A DNA stretch of 63,310 bases, filler included, from Lenisia limosa (taxonomy: Eukaryota; Protista; Breviatea): NCBI GenBank assembly GCA_001655205.1. It is 14 parts of 14 records of this genome, joined end to end, with 100 filler letters (N's around TTAATTAATTAA, not from the genome) between each part and the next. Parts side by side here need not be neighbours in the genome. Positions count along the whole stretch, not along the records: positions 26,954 to 38,000 come from LPNZ01003467.1; positions 38,101 to 39,927 come from LPNZ01009761.1; positions 40,028 to 46,204 come from LPNZ01011021.1; 11 more parts are not named here. One strand, given 5' to 3'. A program made the position numbers and the translations under genes. The notes beneath the pieces were generated by a model that worked only from the letters and a program-made list of their open reading frames with translations, ran no database searches and had not been told where the DNA came from. Positions 26,954 through 40,639 of this stretch are shown piece after piece; positions within the stretch are counted from its first letter, which is position 1; each line of letters opens with the position of its first letter.

Positions 26954-29900
26954 AACACAGTTCTGGGAAATATTCACGGTGTATGTAGTTACATATCTTA
27001 CATACCACAAGACTGAGTGTTACATTCGCGTTCTGCAGTTGGTTTATTGGTATCACAATTAGTCCTAGAATCTATAAACAAAAATGACTGACAGTGCGTA
27101 ATACAAATAGATAAAAGAATCCCATCTTTGCCAAAGAAAGCCCCAGAAAAAAAACAGAAACGATAATAAATGCCCATCAGGTCATATAGTATTAATCTTC
27201 AGGTGTCCTTAGTACAACATAGCAAGCTCACGCATTAGAAGCCTCTCCATCATTATTCTGACAAAAAACGGGTCGTGTCTGAAGGGTTAATAACAAGAGG
27301 AATGTGATCAGGAAAAGAGCTCGCTAGTGGGAGTAGCAACGAATTATCAATAAATTATCCTAAATAGAAGAGGTTTCCATTTATCACTGTTGGTGGGACA
27401 CACCTGTGTTCCCGTATCACATTCTTTGGAGCAGACATCCCAGTCTCCAGAGAACCATGAGTAATCAACTGGGAGTGTCAAGAAGGAAACAATTGAATCA
27501 AGGAGTGAATATGCTGTAAATGTAGAATTGACAAAACAAATAGTGTCAAGAACAATAAAATAAGAAATGAAAGAATCTACTATCTAATTTTAGGCCTGAC
27601 CCCATAACCCCNNNNNNNNNNNNNNNNNNNNNNNNNNNNNNNNNNNNNNNNNNNNNNNNNNNNNNNNNNNNNNNNNNNNNNNNNNNNNNNNNNNNNNNNN
27701 NNNNNNNNNNNNNNNNNNNNNNNNNNNNNNNNNNNCCACCCTTACTCGACGATATAAAATAATTGAATTTTGCTTTTTTAAAGCTCATTATTTAATACAA
27801 TTCTCCACCCTTTTCAATTACCAAAACAGGAAACACTATACAGATTAAATATTCTATTTATAATAAACAGTCCCCCAAACCACAAGGGTCTGTTCCACAG
27901 GCTTCCTCAGATTGTGGCTTTGCACCTGAGTCAGCGCACATCTCATCTCTGGATGGAAAGTGACCTTAACATGTTTCATCTGTATCATAGCCGACTCATT
28001 ATGTTGATAAGATGCAAAGAAAATGGATCATTTGAGTAATGATGACATAAGACCTCCTCCCATGCCGACTTGACATATCGGCCTTGGCTGTCTGAACAGT
28101 AAACGGAGCGGAGCCTTATTCCGCCGCCGCAAGTGGCCGTACAGAGTCCCCATTGTCCGACATGGTAGTTATATGCATCTGGGTGGAGGGTTAATAAAAA
28201 ATGAAGTAAAATTTGTTTTTTAAAGGAATAGTTACGTATTTATTGATCATTGATGAAGAAAAGAAAATGGTCTTGAAAGAAAAAAGAAAGGATTACAAGT
28301 CCAGTCCAAGCATACTGCCACCCCCCGCATTCGAAGGCAGGCAAAGTGTCAGCTGCACCGGGTAATGGTCTGAGATGTCGAGTGCAAGGCTCTGGCCCAT
28401 CTGGTAAACCTCATCAAATTTGAAGACTTCTGCAGAGTTGTCGAGAAGCTATAGGATCAGTATTTCATTATTATGAAAAGGCCAAGGCAGTACGTTTATA
28501 AACACCCCCCCCCCCACAAGGTCTAAAATAGAATCGGTGGCAATTATTCTGTCGAAGGCACTGCAAAGTCAAAGGAGGTATTTGATACACAGTTTAAATA
28601 TTCAATTCGAGCGATTCAACACAAGAACCACAAGCAACTCCGAACAGAGTCATTGGTCTTACGGGTCTATTAAATATGTAACCCCACCCCCACCAATCAT
28701 CGTCAGTAATGGTTGTATCTTGTCCTTCATCAATCAGAAAACTGAACAGTTAAATGCGCTGTGGCAAAGAAGGTTGATTCAAGTAATATTATCCATCATT
28801 CACTTGATTTTTTGAGAAATCATCACCTACGTAAAGCTGTCATCATTAAATATTGGAATAGCAGGCAGTTTATCTGGGGTCAAGTAGTCACAATCCGCTT
28901 TCATGTCTCCCTGAGTGTGTAAGCAAAATTTGAATCAGAATTACTGCTCTGAAGAAATAGCGCTTTGAAAAAGAAACTCCAAAAATAAAGAAAAAAATAA
29001 AAAAGTTTTTTTAAAAAAGTAATCACAAAAAATGATTCCAAACGCTAACCATAAAGACCACTTGGCTATCATAGAGAGACTTGGCCTCCGTGTACACTGG
29101 AAGTATAATGTGATCGTAATGCCAAAGCACTGACGTAATTCAATGACACATAACAATAAACTGTATCAGCCGACGCAAAAAACCCAGAATATGCAAATAA
29201 TCAGACACCTCCAACCATCAACCAAGTTTTTCAGCTCTGCTTCAGTGTTTTCAGGCTATTGAATTAGTAGAATTAGTAGATGATTATCATCACTAGAAGG
29301 TATCCCCAGCTGTACACCGAAATTAGGAAGAAAAACAGCTTTAAATAACAAGTTTAATTGAAATGTGGAAGAAGATAAATTGCGGATATTGCCTTTCTGT
29401 GTTTTTTTTACTCTTTTTCTCATTTACATCGCCGACATTGGAACGGATGGCAATGAATGTCATTGCAGCCGGGACATCCACCGCTTCCAAACTCTTAAAC
29501 TAAAATATAATTCACCATAGAAGTGTGAGAAGAAAGAAAACAAAACCCAAGGGTGGAGCAGTTTATACATTATAATACATTTTAGAAATATTTCATATCG
29601 ATACCATATGATAGTAAATATGATATACTATATCATATAGATAATATAAAATGAGAAATAAAAAAATAAGGTAGTATCTGGCCGAAGTATTATTCTACAT
29701 GTAATAAAATAGTAACCCTCCAACTCTGACAATAAACGGAGTCACGAGAAAAGTGTCGACGCCTGGTCCGGTGTACAGTGACTAAAGAGTTACTGGGTGA
29801 AATGATTAACGTGAAGTGGGGGAAAGATAATGGAAAGTAGCAATACCCTATACAGCGGTCGGCTATTTTGACGTATTTTTTTTCGTTGTTGAAGTAAAGC

Positions 29901-31248
29901 CCCTGATAATGACTTTAAAATGTTTGCAGATCTGTGTTGGAAGAGGTTGAAAGACTTCCGGAAGGAGAAAACAGGCATTTTTGGGCAATCCACGCCAGTA
30001 TCACAAACATACTAAATAGACGGTATACAAAGGCTCAGATAAGTTAGTGACGGCAACCTTCCAGATAATTAAGGTAGTTGAAGAAGATATTGTCAGCTCA
30101 GATTGTGTTAATAATAATGCTAAAAATGAATACTCGAGGTTTGAAATCATCAGCCCTTCTGGTGAAAAGTAGGCTTGCAATCATACAATTGGTGGTTCAT
30201 TTTGGTAATTAAAGTGGGTGATCTTCCCATTTCTCGATGTATCTTGAAGAGCTTAAAAAAAAAGTAATTTCCGGGGCAAAGCGTTCTATCTGTCATACTC
30301 ACTGCAAAGGTGAGGTTTATTTCCACTCTTCGTTAATAGGTATAATACCACCCTCAAACTGAATCAGAAACGCTGACAATTTCTTCCCGGTATAGGAATA
30401 CAAACTTCTCTTTAAGTGCCAAAGGACCCAAGCTCGGGCTCACCACAGTCTAAACCGTCATTTCACACATACTATAATCTTTCTAGATACTTACAAATAC
30501 CAAAATAACTTTCTTCTAAAATTCAATTACAAGACAGTTTTGATAAACAATAAATAAGCAACTTCTTGAACTTCCAAAAGACACCCAATCCTACGCGATA
30601 CTTTGATGACGCGTTGTCATTGACCTTCGCCAAAACGGAGTCAATGAGGGTGCCATCATTATCATTGACTTCTTCAAGGAGAATAACGTCCTGTTAACGC
30701 CGTTACTCAGTTGCAGTAGAACTTTCACATCAATAACGGAACTAATTGCCATATATTTGAGTCGTTTCCAACTTACATAACGGAGGATGATTGCAGTGAT
30801 AATTGGTTGCGAGTCTGTGAAATTAGTACAATAGTGTACCTCCCAAGTATCTTCAAAATGGATTTTGTGACAAGAAATATGTCCGCACACCTTCATCATT
30901 CCATTTGGCGTTAGTCAGGCCTCTCATATTGAAGGAGGCCACCGTGAATGACACATCCAGTTCGCATGATGATAGGCCTGTAGGTATTAAATAAAATAAA
31001 AAAATAATAATAATAAAAAGGAGATAGTGACATCTGTATAAGATGGCTATTTCAAAAAAAAAAAAAAACAAAAAAAAAANNNNNNNNNNNNNNNNNNNNN
31101 NNNNNNNNNNNNNNNNNNNNNNNNNNNNNNNNNNNNNNNNNNNNNNNNNNNNNNNNNNNNNNNNNNNNNNNNNNNTATTGCTTGACGAGAACTCACCGGA
31201 GTAGCATGTCTGAAAAAGGAATAAAAGAAAGGCTGCTACAAGGATCAT
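26954..31248 (-). CDS. Secreted DNase I-like domain fused to at least two thrombospondin type-1 repeats (3' end cut)
   Basis: Signal peptide MILVAAFLLFLFQTCYS, then VASFNMR, RY|DVILLEEVND, VVSPSLGPLALKEKFVFLYR, FIAIRS, ELKNLVDVY, FMGDMKADCDYL, DTTITDDDCAFDRII and ISDHYPVQLTL, collinear with DNase I. Then GQWGLCTATCGGGIRLRSVYC...CGTDPC and GDWDVCSKECDTGTQTRPVFC...CNTQSC (TSP1). Confidence 0.85.
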
Positions 31249-31599
31249 TTTCGTGAGTACAGCTGAAGAGATTTCATCTTCATCTTTTCATCTTTTAAGT
31301 GTTTTTTCGGTGTTTTTGTTGTACTGTTGTGCTGTTGTTGTGGAGTTGTGGAGTTTGTGGTTTGCATTTTCACGTTTACACCCCGGCACAATTGCCATTT
31401 CACGGAACGCTCGCGGAGTAATTAGATCCTCCTTCTAGAAGCATGCAGCGAAGAAGAGTATACACCCCCAGATTATTGATGAATTAAAGTTCAAAGTTCA
31501 AAAGTTCAAAGGTTCAAAGAGAACGCTGAGTGGTTGAGAGAAGCCGGTGTGAGGTGAGAAGCACAGAAGAAGAAGCACAGAAGAAGCGGTTTGTGGCAA

Positions 31600-34500
31600 T
31601 GCAAGCTCTCCCTTCGGTTTCTTCCAGTTCCAATCAACTTCCTTAATAAAATCTAGAACGATTCGCTCACAGTCGATACCTTAGTTGTGTAGAATGGTGA
31701 CACTTTCCTCTCACATGACGGTACTGCTGCTTGTTTTGGTGCTTTCTTTTGCCCACTTGTTTCATGGTAAGTGTAGCATATCAAAGACTGAGTTTCACAG
31801 TTAATATCCCTCAGCTCTTCTGCTTTCACCAAATGGAGAAGTCCTTTCAAGCAACCCAATGATTTTGGGTGACACTACTGTGGGTGCCCCCCCCCCCCCC
31901 CCCCNNNNNNNNNNNNNNNNNNNNNNNNNNNNNNNNNNNNNNNNNNNNNNNNNNNNNNNNNNNNNNNNNNNNNNNNNNNNNNNNNNNNNNNNNNNNNNNN
32001 NNNNNNNNNNNNNNNNNNNNNNNNNNNNTCTGCAAGTGACAACATTTGTGAAGGTTTGTTGAAATTTCTTCTTACATGGAAAGCAAGGGGGATAACATTT
32101 GGGGTGACTCTAACGGATTTGTTTGTGACAACGCTCTATTTTTATCTTGGTTGCAGTTTGGTAATATTTATTTAACATTTTCGGTACTCAAAGTCTCAAT
32201 CTAATTATCTATTCATAGACGGTCTCAGTGGGCTACACCTTGAATGCCTGTTTAAGTGACATGGCAATTGTAGCGGAAGAGGTCCCATTTGCCGGCGCTT
32301 TGAGATGCGTTGTTCNNNNNNNNNNNNNNNNNNNNNNNNNNNNNNNNNNNNNNNNNNNNNNNNNNNNNNNNNNNNNNNNNNNNNNNNNNNNNNNNNNNNN
32401 NNNNNNNNNNNNNNNNNNNNNNNNNNNNNNNNNNNNNNNNNNNNNNNNNNNNNNNNNNNNNNNNNNNNNNGTATACATATCATACATTATATATTGTAGT
32501 ATTATATTATTATATAATATAATGATATGTATAAGCAACCCCACAAAATGACGTGTCTCACAGAGTCCTAATTTCCCCTATTAGTTTTCCTATTAACCCC
32601 GAAATAAAAGATATATATATAATATGTATACTATATGCAAAAAATTATATCTGATAATACACGAATATCATATGTCATATGTCATATGCATAGATGTGAA
32701 TGTATATGTATACTTACTAACCGATAAGTCCTGATACGTANNNNNNNNNNNNNNNNNNNNNNNNNNNNNNNNNNNNNNNNNNNNNNNNNNNNNNNNNNNN
32801 NNNNNNNNNNNNNNNNNNNNNNNNNNNNNNNNNNNNNNNNNNNNNNNNNNNNNNATATGTCTTTATGTAGAAATACAATAAAGGTTCTACTTGGTCAAAT
32901 TCGTTTATTAGTCATACCCTAGATACCAATGCACCAGAATGTGTTTGAATTTCGATCATAACAATTTAGATTGGGGGAACTTTTGGTACCCCAAGGGCTC
33001 TTGCCCTTGATTCAAATTTCTGGATCCGGCGTCGGAGTGTCAATTATCCAGTAAGAGGGGTATCCTAGATGTTGTGATTCAGATTCCTAGATGACTAGTG
33101 ACTCATGCTAATAAACGGAATTTGGGGGTGAAAGGAGGGACTGGTAACAGAAGTTTTACAGTATGGACTTATCCAAGAATTTTAATACCTCGTCCTTCTG
33201 TGGTAATTATTTAGTATTAGTTGAGTACCAATTCACACGATTTTCTTTGAATTATTTGCCATATAGGAAAGTGGAAGCCTTTCACACCTTCTCGAAGGTT
33301 GTCTTCAAGGATGTGACCATTGAGCAAACGGACGGGTTTAGTAATTGTTTTAAAGTCCTATCCGCCGGCTTTCTACAGTTCTTTGTGAGTGGCAGGTGCT
33401 CTGAAGTTTTTGAAACCTTTATGTTCGTAATTATCGTCGTAGAATTGCGACATCCAGTTTCCATCTGTTGGCTCCTACCCCTTTTGGTCCATGGGTGCCA
33501 TTGAGTTCTATAATTGTCGTGTGAGTGGGTTCTATAATTGTCGTGTGAGTGAGTTCTGTTACTCTGATAACCTCCCTGTTCTACTTTCCACAATATGTGC
33601 TATAAAATATGTATCTGTAATAATGATATTGGTAGGGATGGTAACAGTTTTGATGTAGATTTAGGTCAACAGTGCACGCTATGGTGTTTGGAATGAAAAG
33701 ACCCTTATGGTTTATGTTTGTGGGTCATCAATAAAATTTTTCAAAGCTCTATTCAGGCTGTGTAATGTTTTGAAATCAAATTTGTGCGTTTGATAGTTAA
33801 CTGCAGAATCCTGAGATTCACTCTCTTGTCTAACTGCCTTCAGGATAGCGAGTTTACAGTTCGCTCTCACTTGACTCATTCAATGGGCGCAACCTTTGGA
33901 TTGGAAAATTCGAACGTCACTGTTACTGCCACTGACGCCGGTATCTATGAAGTACTGTCTGTGGGGGGAATCGCATTTTTTTTTTGAATAAAACTGTCCT
34001 TTTATCAAAAAACCTTTTAACAGTACTTTTTCGTAGTCTTTTTTTTGGGGAGTGGCAAAGAGCGTGAGAAAACACCTTTGAAGTACTGTGGTACAATGTG
34101 TACCGTATGAATGATATTTATATATTTGAACATTAAAGCCTTCACCACTAACACCGAAAGGCTCCTTCGCGGTTCCCACAGTCACCTTTCAAGATCACAA
34201 GTGTTCAATACGGGTACAGGAATTGTACGTATATTGACGGATGCTGTGGGTGGAGGGGGGGGGGGGGNNNNNNNNNNNNNNNNNNNNNNNNNNNNNNNNN
34301 NNNNNNNNNNNNNNNNNNNNNNNNNNNNNNNNNNNNNTATGGGCAGCTTCGTCCAGATCCTATTGCTTCTTTCACTATTTAGGGGACAATTGCTAGTTTA
34401 TCAACCAGCTGCGTTGATAACTGTTACTACATGTTTGACACTGGGTATGTTGTTTTTCCGTTTACGTTACATTTTTATCTTTGTCATGTCAACTCCTATT

Positions 34501-35040
34501 TTCTGTCAGTTCCTCATTATGATTATCTATTGTGTGTAATATTTGGTCATCCGTTTTCCATGAACCTTTCCGAGTTTTGTGTTGATGTTTTTAGGGCCTC
34601 CGGCTATATCTATGACAACCATGTCAACTCCACCTCCAGCCCTATAGTGATGTACCGCTCGAGTACCATTGAACTCTATAGTACAAGCCTGTACTCTGAT
34701 AGTATGTGGGAACGCAAGTCTTTTGAGCTTCCGTCTTTATTTGAGCCATTATTTATCGAAATTCCCTTCAATTAACCCTCCCAGCCAGTGCGTGTGTTTC
34801 AATGCAAAACTCTACTGAGTACAGGAACCGCCTTGCCAGCTTCAATTGTCCCACTGCAGAGGCATATCTTCCCTAAAGCTCTCCCCCTTTATATATATGT
34901 AGTATTTTGTGCCTCCTTTTTGGTGGTTTAGTATGTGGTTTGGTGATAGACTGTTGACGGACCCACAATGGACCGATTAGGAAAAAACAGAATCCCTGAA
35001 GCCAGAGAAGTCGATGTCAACGATTGAAAGCAAACAGAGA
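31600..35040 (+). CDS. Multi-exon gene of unknown function
   Basis: Series of AG/GT-bounded open segments, e.g. ~33266-33333 KVEAFHTFSKVVFKDVTIEQTDG and ~33844-33951 DSEFTVRSHL...DAGIYE. No family recognised; start and end uncertain. Confidence 0.4.
33503..33557. repeat. 24-bp tandem duplication
   Basis: G(A/G)GTTCTATAATTGTCGTGTGAGT twice plus a partial third copy. Confidence 0.85.
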
Positions 35041-35719
35041 ACAAACATACTGTAAAAGGCTTACCAGTCTATTTGGAGTTCCCCCCGTTCCGATATCCTC
35101 CCAACTACCCCTTTTGCTTTTTTTTCCAGTTTTTTTTCTTACTACTCACTTATGTTTGTAACAATTGGTGAGTCAGTTTGGTGATTTGTTGTTGGTTGAT
35201 TCAATCTGAGTTGAATGACCTCTTGATATAAGACGCCGATGGTAAAGAAGTATAAGTATGATTCGCTTTACCGTGCTATATGGCGCGTTTGTAGTATTAG
35301 TAGCTATGGCGTATTCTCATAGGTCAGAGGGGAGAAGAGGTGTTTTCGTTTCTCTTTTTTTTTTCTCGGATCAATCACCCTTTGTCTTCTTCTTCACTGT
35401 TTCTTGAGTGTATATTGATGAACGGAGATCATAGACTCTGCCTTCAGCGTCCTTCTCCTTCTCATTTTTTCTCCTATCAGATTTCATCTTGATCAATGAG
35501 ATTTTGAGGTTTTTGGAAAAGAAAAAAACAAAACAAAAACAAAACAAAAACACAGGAAAATACACATATATGACGATCCAGGATAAGTCAATTGGAGGGG
35601 TTTCAGCTTGATGGAGATAGGGTTCTTTCCACCAAAAATCTTGTGCTTACAAGGGTAAGGGTTTTGGAATGGGTGACAGAGAGGGAGTGAATTGTGCTGC
35701 ATACATTAGCCCTCGCCTC

Positions 35720-38000
35720 TTCTCACTTCAATAGGCTGATGATCTCTGGAAATCTTCTGTCTATTTAACACAAGTTGTGAAGGTTTGTGTAAAGTCTAAT
35801 TTTTGTGCATCTATCCCGAGGAGGACCCATTATTCCCTGTTTGAAGGTTTCTTTTTATCACTTATGTTCTCATTTTTGCTCAGGATGACGTTATCAACAA
35901 AGAAGAAGGTTTGAGCAATCACTATTTTTCACACGCAGCTTCTTTTTTTGATATACATTCGGATATTAATAAAAAATGTAGAAGCATTGGTTTCCCTTCT
36001 AGGGATTTGCTATTTCGGGTTATTCTCCAGGATATCATTGTTTGTCCCCGACAGTTAGCCTGCCGTTGGAAGTTGAATTGACAAACCTTAAATTGGGAAG
36101 TTCTGTGGAAGCACAAGTAACTCTTGTTGTTGGAGGGTGTTTTCCTCTTTATTTTATTATACCTTTGCTTTGAAGCCATCTTGACGTTTCCAGGGGGACT
36201 GCTACCCCCAACACAAGCCGTTCAACTTGAGGCTGGCCGAGTGCACTAAGGGCATTTGGAGCGTAGCCATGGACTGCTATTCAGCTTGTGGGATCTGCAT
36301 AGGAAATGCACAGTACCGCAAAACTGCATGTACAGGTGGGTATGATGGTCTTTTCCATTTTTGTAACTGATATATATATATATATTTTTTTTTGATATTT
36401 GCTTTTTTTATTTTTTATTTACAAATTCAAACCATTTTAATCACATGTTATGTCTCTTTCTTCTCAAATAAATTTCAGTTTTACTTCAACCCCTCCCAGC
36501 ATCAGCTTCCGATGTTTGCGGACACTGTACTTCCCTGTTCCGAGATATTCAGGTAATAAGTGTTGGGATTTGGAAAGCGTCCGATGGTAGATTGCATCTT
36601 ATTGAAATGGACTAATTCCAAAGACTACCAATATTTGATTGGGTGAATATTATTCTCTCAAGACTATCATTTTTTTTATCACAGAGTGTGGGCAAATTGG
36701 CATTTTAATCTTTAATTTTCTCAAACGTAAGTTAACACTGAACAGGCAGGCGAACTCTGCGGTAAATGTTTGACAGGGCGATTCAGCTCATTTGGCGAAG
36801 CTGACTATGTACAAGGCAATACCACGTGTTCTGGTGGGGTGTTTTTTTATTATTGCGAATCAGTTGGAAAAAAAAATGGATTTACACAATTGAAGTAACA
36901 CATCTACAACTGAGACCGCCTACATCAAGCAATACGTCACCATTTTAGCCTGTGATTTGTGTGAGGAGTCCGATCAATTTATTTCGATTGGCTGTTCAAG
37001 TATGGCGGACTTTTTTTTTTGGAATAATGTGAAGCCGTAGTGCATTTATAAGTCCATATTTATCCATACCCAGATACAGCAACCTCTGTTTGTGGCAGCT
37101 GTTCTGCTCAGAACCGAAACGGCAAAACAGGTGCAACTTGCGGCTCTTGCATCGGTTGGGGTAGGGTTAATCCAATGTTTGGACTGTAGTGGAAAGGTGA
37201 TTGACCTGAATATTTTGAGTTCTAAAGCTTTATTCTTGGTTTTTGTGCCTATTGTTTGTAACAGTATCTTGGTTTCACAAAACAGATAAATACTACAGCA
37301 CAATCAGCGAATCAGACTATGATGAAAGTACAACGCAGTGTTCTGGTGAGTCTTCTCCGTGAACTAATCTTAGCAACAGCAATTGTTGATAGAATATCTA
37401 CTTTAAATTGCTTTATTTGATGTTTTCATTCACCATAAACGTTTGTCACATTTTGATGAATCGACAATTGTGTCAGAATTTCCACTGACCCTCATTTAGC
37501 GTGTCTTCTCTGTGAAGGGGAGAATGAGTATCGCTTTTCACCTTGTACTAGTATGAGGGTTTATTATGAAGCGGAAATGAACCGGGGTTCATCATAACAG
37601 CTAAACCTTGAATCACAAATCACCCTGTGTTTAGGACCATTTCATTGTCGTGTTTTCATTTCATATATTCTTTCGCCAACATCCACAGAAGATACCATTG
37701 ACGTCTGCCAATCTTGTGACTCAGTTAATCGCGGTTCACAAGTGGGAACGAACTGCGGCCAGTGCCTCTCTGGCTACTACAGTACATTAGGAACGTCCAC
37801 TGATTATCTGGAAGGGGTAACCACTTGCTCAGGTACATGAATGGTCAAACTGCTGGGAAAGGAACATAATGCGGTGTATAAACGTGTGTTTGATTCCATT
37901 ATATCATACATAGCTTGAGATGTAAGCTGTGTCTGGTCTTATAGTTTAGACTGCCTTAAATGCGATGACTCTGCGAACTACCTCAAAGTGCCGTGTACAC
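35720..38000 (+). CDS. Cysteine-rich repeat (CxxC) protein, probably extracellular (partial)
   Basis: Repeating units such as CGICIGNAQYRKTACT, CGKCLTGRFSSFGEADYVQGNTTCS, CDLCEESDQFISIGCS, CGQCLSGYYSTLGTSTDYLEGVTTCS and CLKCDDSANYLKVPCT. Confidence 0.6.
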
Positions 38001-38199
38001 NNNNNNNNNNNNNNNNNNNNNNNNNNNNNNNNNNNNNNNNNNNNTTAATTAATTAANNNNNNNNNNNNNNNNNNNNNNNNNNNNNNNNNNNNNNNNNNNN
38101 AGATATACACCCCCGTGTTTTTTTTTTTTGATTCATTAATTGTCCGTAACATAATGTATACGTTTATCTCCCCCAGGAGTAACATAAAGTATCCGTTTT

Positions 38200-39650
38200 A
38201 TCTCCCCCAGGAGTAACATCAAACCCCTTTGGGAAGATCCGCAAAACGCTGCTGGTGGAAGATGGGTTAGTGGGGGGGATGGTATGGATTGTTGTTCTCA
38301 ACTCTCGTGTATTTCTTGCCAACAGAGATTATTTTGATTACTGGAGTGATGGGATGCAGTGAAGAGACTGGCCTGGGCTTTGTTTAGTTGTTATCAACCC
38401 TTGTATGTTGCTAGCCAACAGAGTTGATTTTTTGTTTTGTTTCATAAATTTTTACTCGTCCCCCCCCCCCCCCNNNNNNNNNNNNNNNNNNNNNNNNNNN
38501 NNNNNNNNNNNNNNNNNNNNNNNNNNNNNNNNNNNNNNNNNNNNNNNNNNNNNNNNNNNNNNNNNNNNNNNNNNNNNNNNNNNNNNNNNNNNNNNNNNNN
38601 NNNNNNNNNNNNNNNNCATCTTGAATCCTGTAATGATCTCTCCTAATATCATCTCTAATCATCCCTACTATCATCTCTAATTATCGCTGATAATATCTAA
38701 TCATCCCTAATATCATCTCTGTTCATCTCTCATCATAGCTAATAATCGCTCATCTCTTATCATCGCTAATATCATCCCTATTTATCCCTATTCATCTCTC
38801 TCATTTCTAAATCTTTAGGGCTTTATCCCAGCCGTCTGTGGGATCTGCTTGATCATCAAGCCGAAATCAATGAAAATCCACGTTTGGACTCCCGGACCCC
38901 CATCTTCGGATAAAAGCATATCGGTACGGTAGTGGGGAGTACAAGTGGAATTTTGTGAAATAAAAAAATGCCCAGCTATACTGTTTTAACCCCATTTTTA
39001 GCCGCTTATTGTTTTAGAACATCCCGGTGAGACTCTCGAAGTCCGTGCCGGGGATGGACCAATTGCCCGAATTCAGGATGCACAGAGTTGGGGGGGGGGG
39101 GTCAGTTCGAAAAAAGACAGTAAATCCTCGAAAATTATCGATATTTTACCGGAGTGCATTGCTATGTATTTGAGGGTTTTCTTTTGTGCTTTCTGGCATG
39201 ACAAAGGTAGCAGGAGCGCCTGGTTCTTTTTTTTTGAACCTTGGAATAAACAGTTCATGACCAAGTGTGTGTATGGGGGAGGGGGGTAATTGATAGAGTG
39301 GGGGAGGGATGCTGCTCATCACATCAACCATCCTCCCAAATTTTCTAATAGCGGTCAAATGGTGAAATTTTGCATGAGAATCTTTGAGTACTTCAGACTT
39401 CTCCACCTTGGTTTGGGCTTATATTGTTTCATAGATTTTATATTATTACTTCCTTCCCCCCAAAAACTGCATTAATGTCCACCCAGGCTTCCGTATTCCT
39501 CAACGCCAAGCTCCAAACCAAGCACGACCCAAATAGCCCGTCCCTGGTTCCGATGTCTCCGAAGACGCAGAACGCATATCAACAAGCCCGGGTCGCGTCG
39601 TTGCGTGGCGAAATGGTGGCGCGCACGCTCAATATGACCACTCTGTTGGG
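38200..39650 (+). CDS. Exons of an unidentified gene
   Basis: AG/GT-bounded open segments at ~38832-38928 and ~39487-39615 (ASVFLNAKLQTKHDPNSPSLVPMSPKTQNAYQQARVASLRGEM). Confidence 0.35.
38616..38810. repeat. Degenerate minisatellite
   Basis: Many variants of ATCATC(T/C/G)CTAAT in tandem. Confidence 0.7.
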
Positions 39651-39669
39651 GGGATTATGTTACTAGTAA

Positions 39670-39764
39670 GGCTTCACTTTCGGTTCCAAAAAGACCGGTG
39701 AAATATCGATAGCTATCGAGGATTTATCGAGAATTCAGTCTTTTTTGGTAGCCGAAGTGAAGCC
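39670..39764. mobile_element. Repeat family A: ~95-bp MITE-like element with long TIRs (best copy)
   Basis: TIRs GGCTTCACTTTCGGTTCCAAAAAGAC ... GTCTTTTTTGGTAGCCGAAGTGAAGCC around a core ATCGAGGATTTATCGA. Related copies at ~7075-7166, 9744-9841, 10134-10217, 10667-10767, 11297-11356, 11958-12052, 39100-39150 and 49570-49660, in both orientations. Confidence 0.75.
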
Positions 39765-40639
39765 CAAGTTTCTAGTGTTAATTTTCTTGGGGGAAAGTCA
39801 TAACTAAATTAATATTATACTATAATCCAATATCTCTGAAAAGCGTGATGGTGTGGACGGCTTCGCCTAGACACAACTTATTGTGTATTTCTCATTGTTA
39901 TATATTGTTACTTGTGACAATTATGTGNNNNNNNNNNNNNNNNNNNNNNNNNNNNNNNNNNNNNNNNNNNNTTAATTAATTAANNNNNNNNNNNNNNNNN
40001 NNNNNNNNNNNNNNNNNNNNNNNNNNNATATATATATATATATATATTGTGTGTGTCTGTGTGAGTATATGTGTGTGAGCTGCTTTCGTTATGAATCATA
40101 AATTTCCAGTTTAGTATTATTTTAATTCTGGTCAGAAATTACAATACCTGGCGGGGAAATTGCTTCGGTCCTGCACCTACACATTCGAAAGACCGTTGCA
40201 CCTGCTTCGGCAAACAAACCAGCTGGAGGTGAGTTGGGCTACAAATCAGAACCGAATATGTCTGGACACTTTCGAGTAGATCATCCTGTCTTCCTCTTCC
40301 CTTCTTAAGAGCATCCGTTTTATAATNNNNNNNNNNNNNNNNNNNNNNNNNNNNNNNNNNNNNNNNNNNNNNNNNNNNNNNNNNNNNNNNNNNNNNNNNN
40401 NNNNNNNNNNNNNNNNNNNNNNNNNNNNNNTTCAGACCCGCCACAAAAAAAGTCTAAGGGATGTTGTACAATTTTGTAATCTGTCTGGGAGTGACACGCA
40501 CCATATTTATTTTAGAGTTTCTTTCTTATCGTTATGTATTTTCACATTAGTTTGGTTCATGAAATAAGACCAAGAGATCAAAGAAGTGCTGCAGATGACC
40601 CAAAATGACATTGACATGATAAAGATAAATATAGTAATA

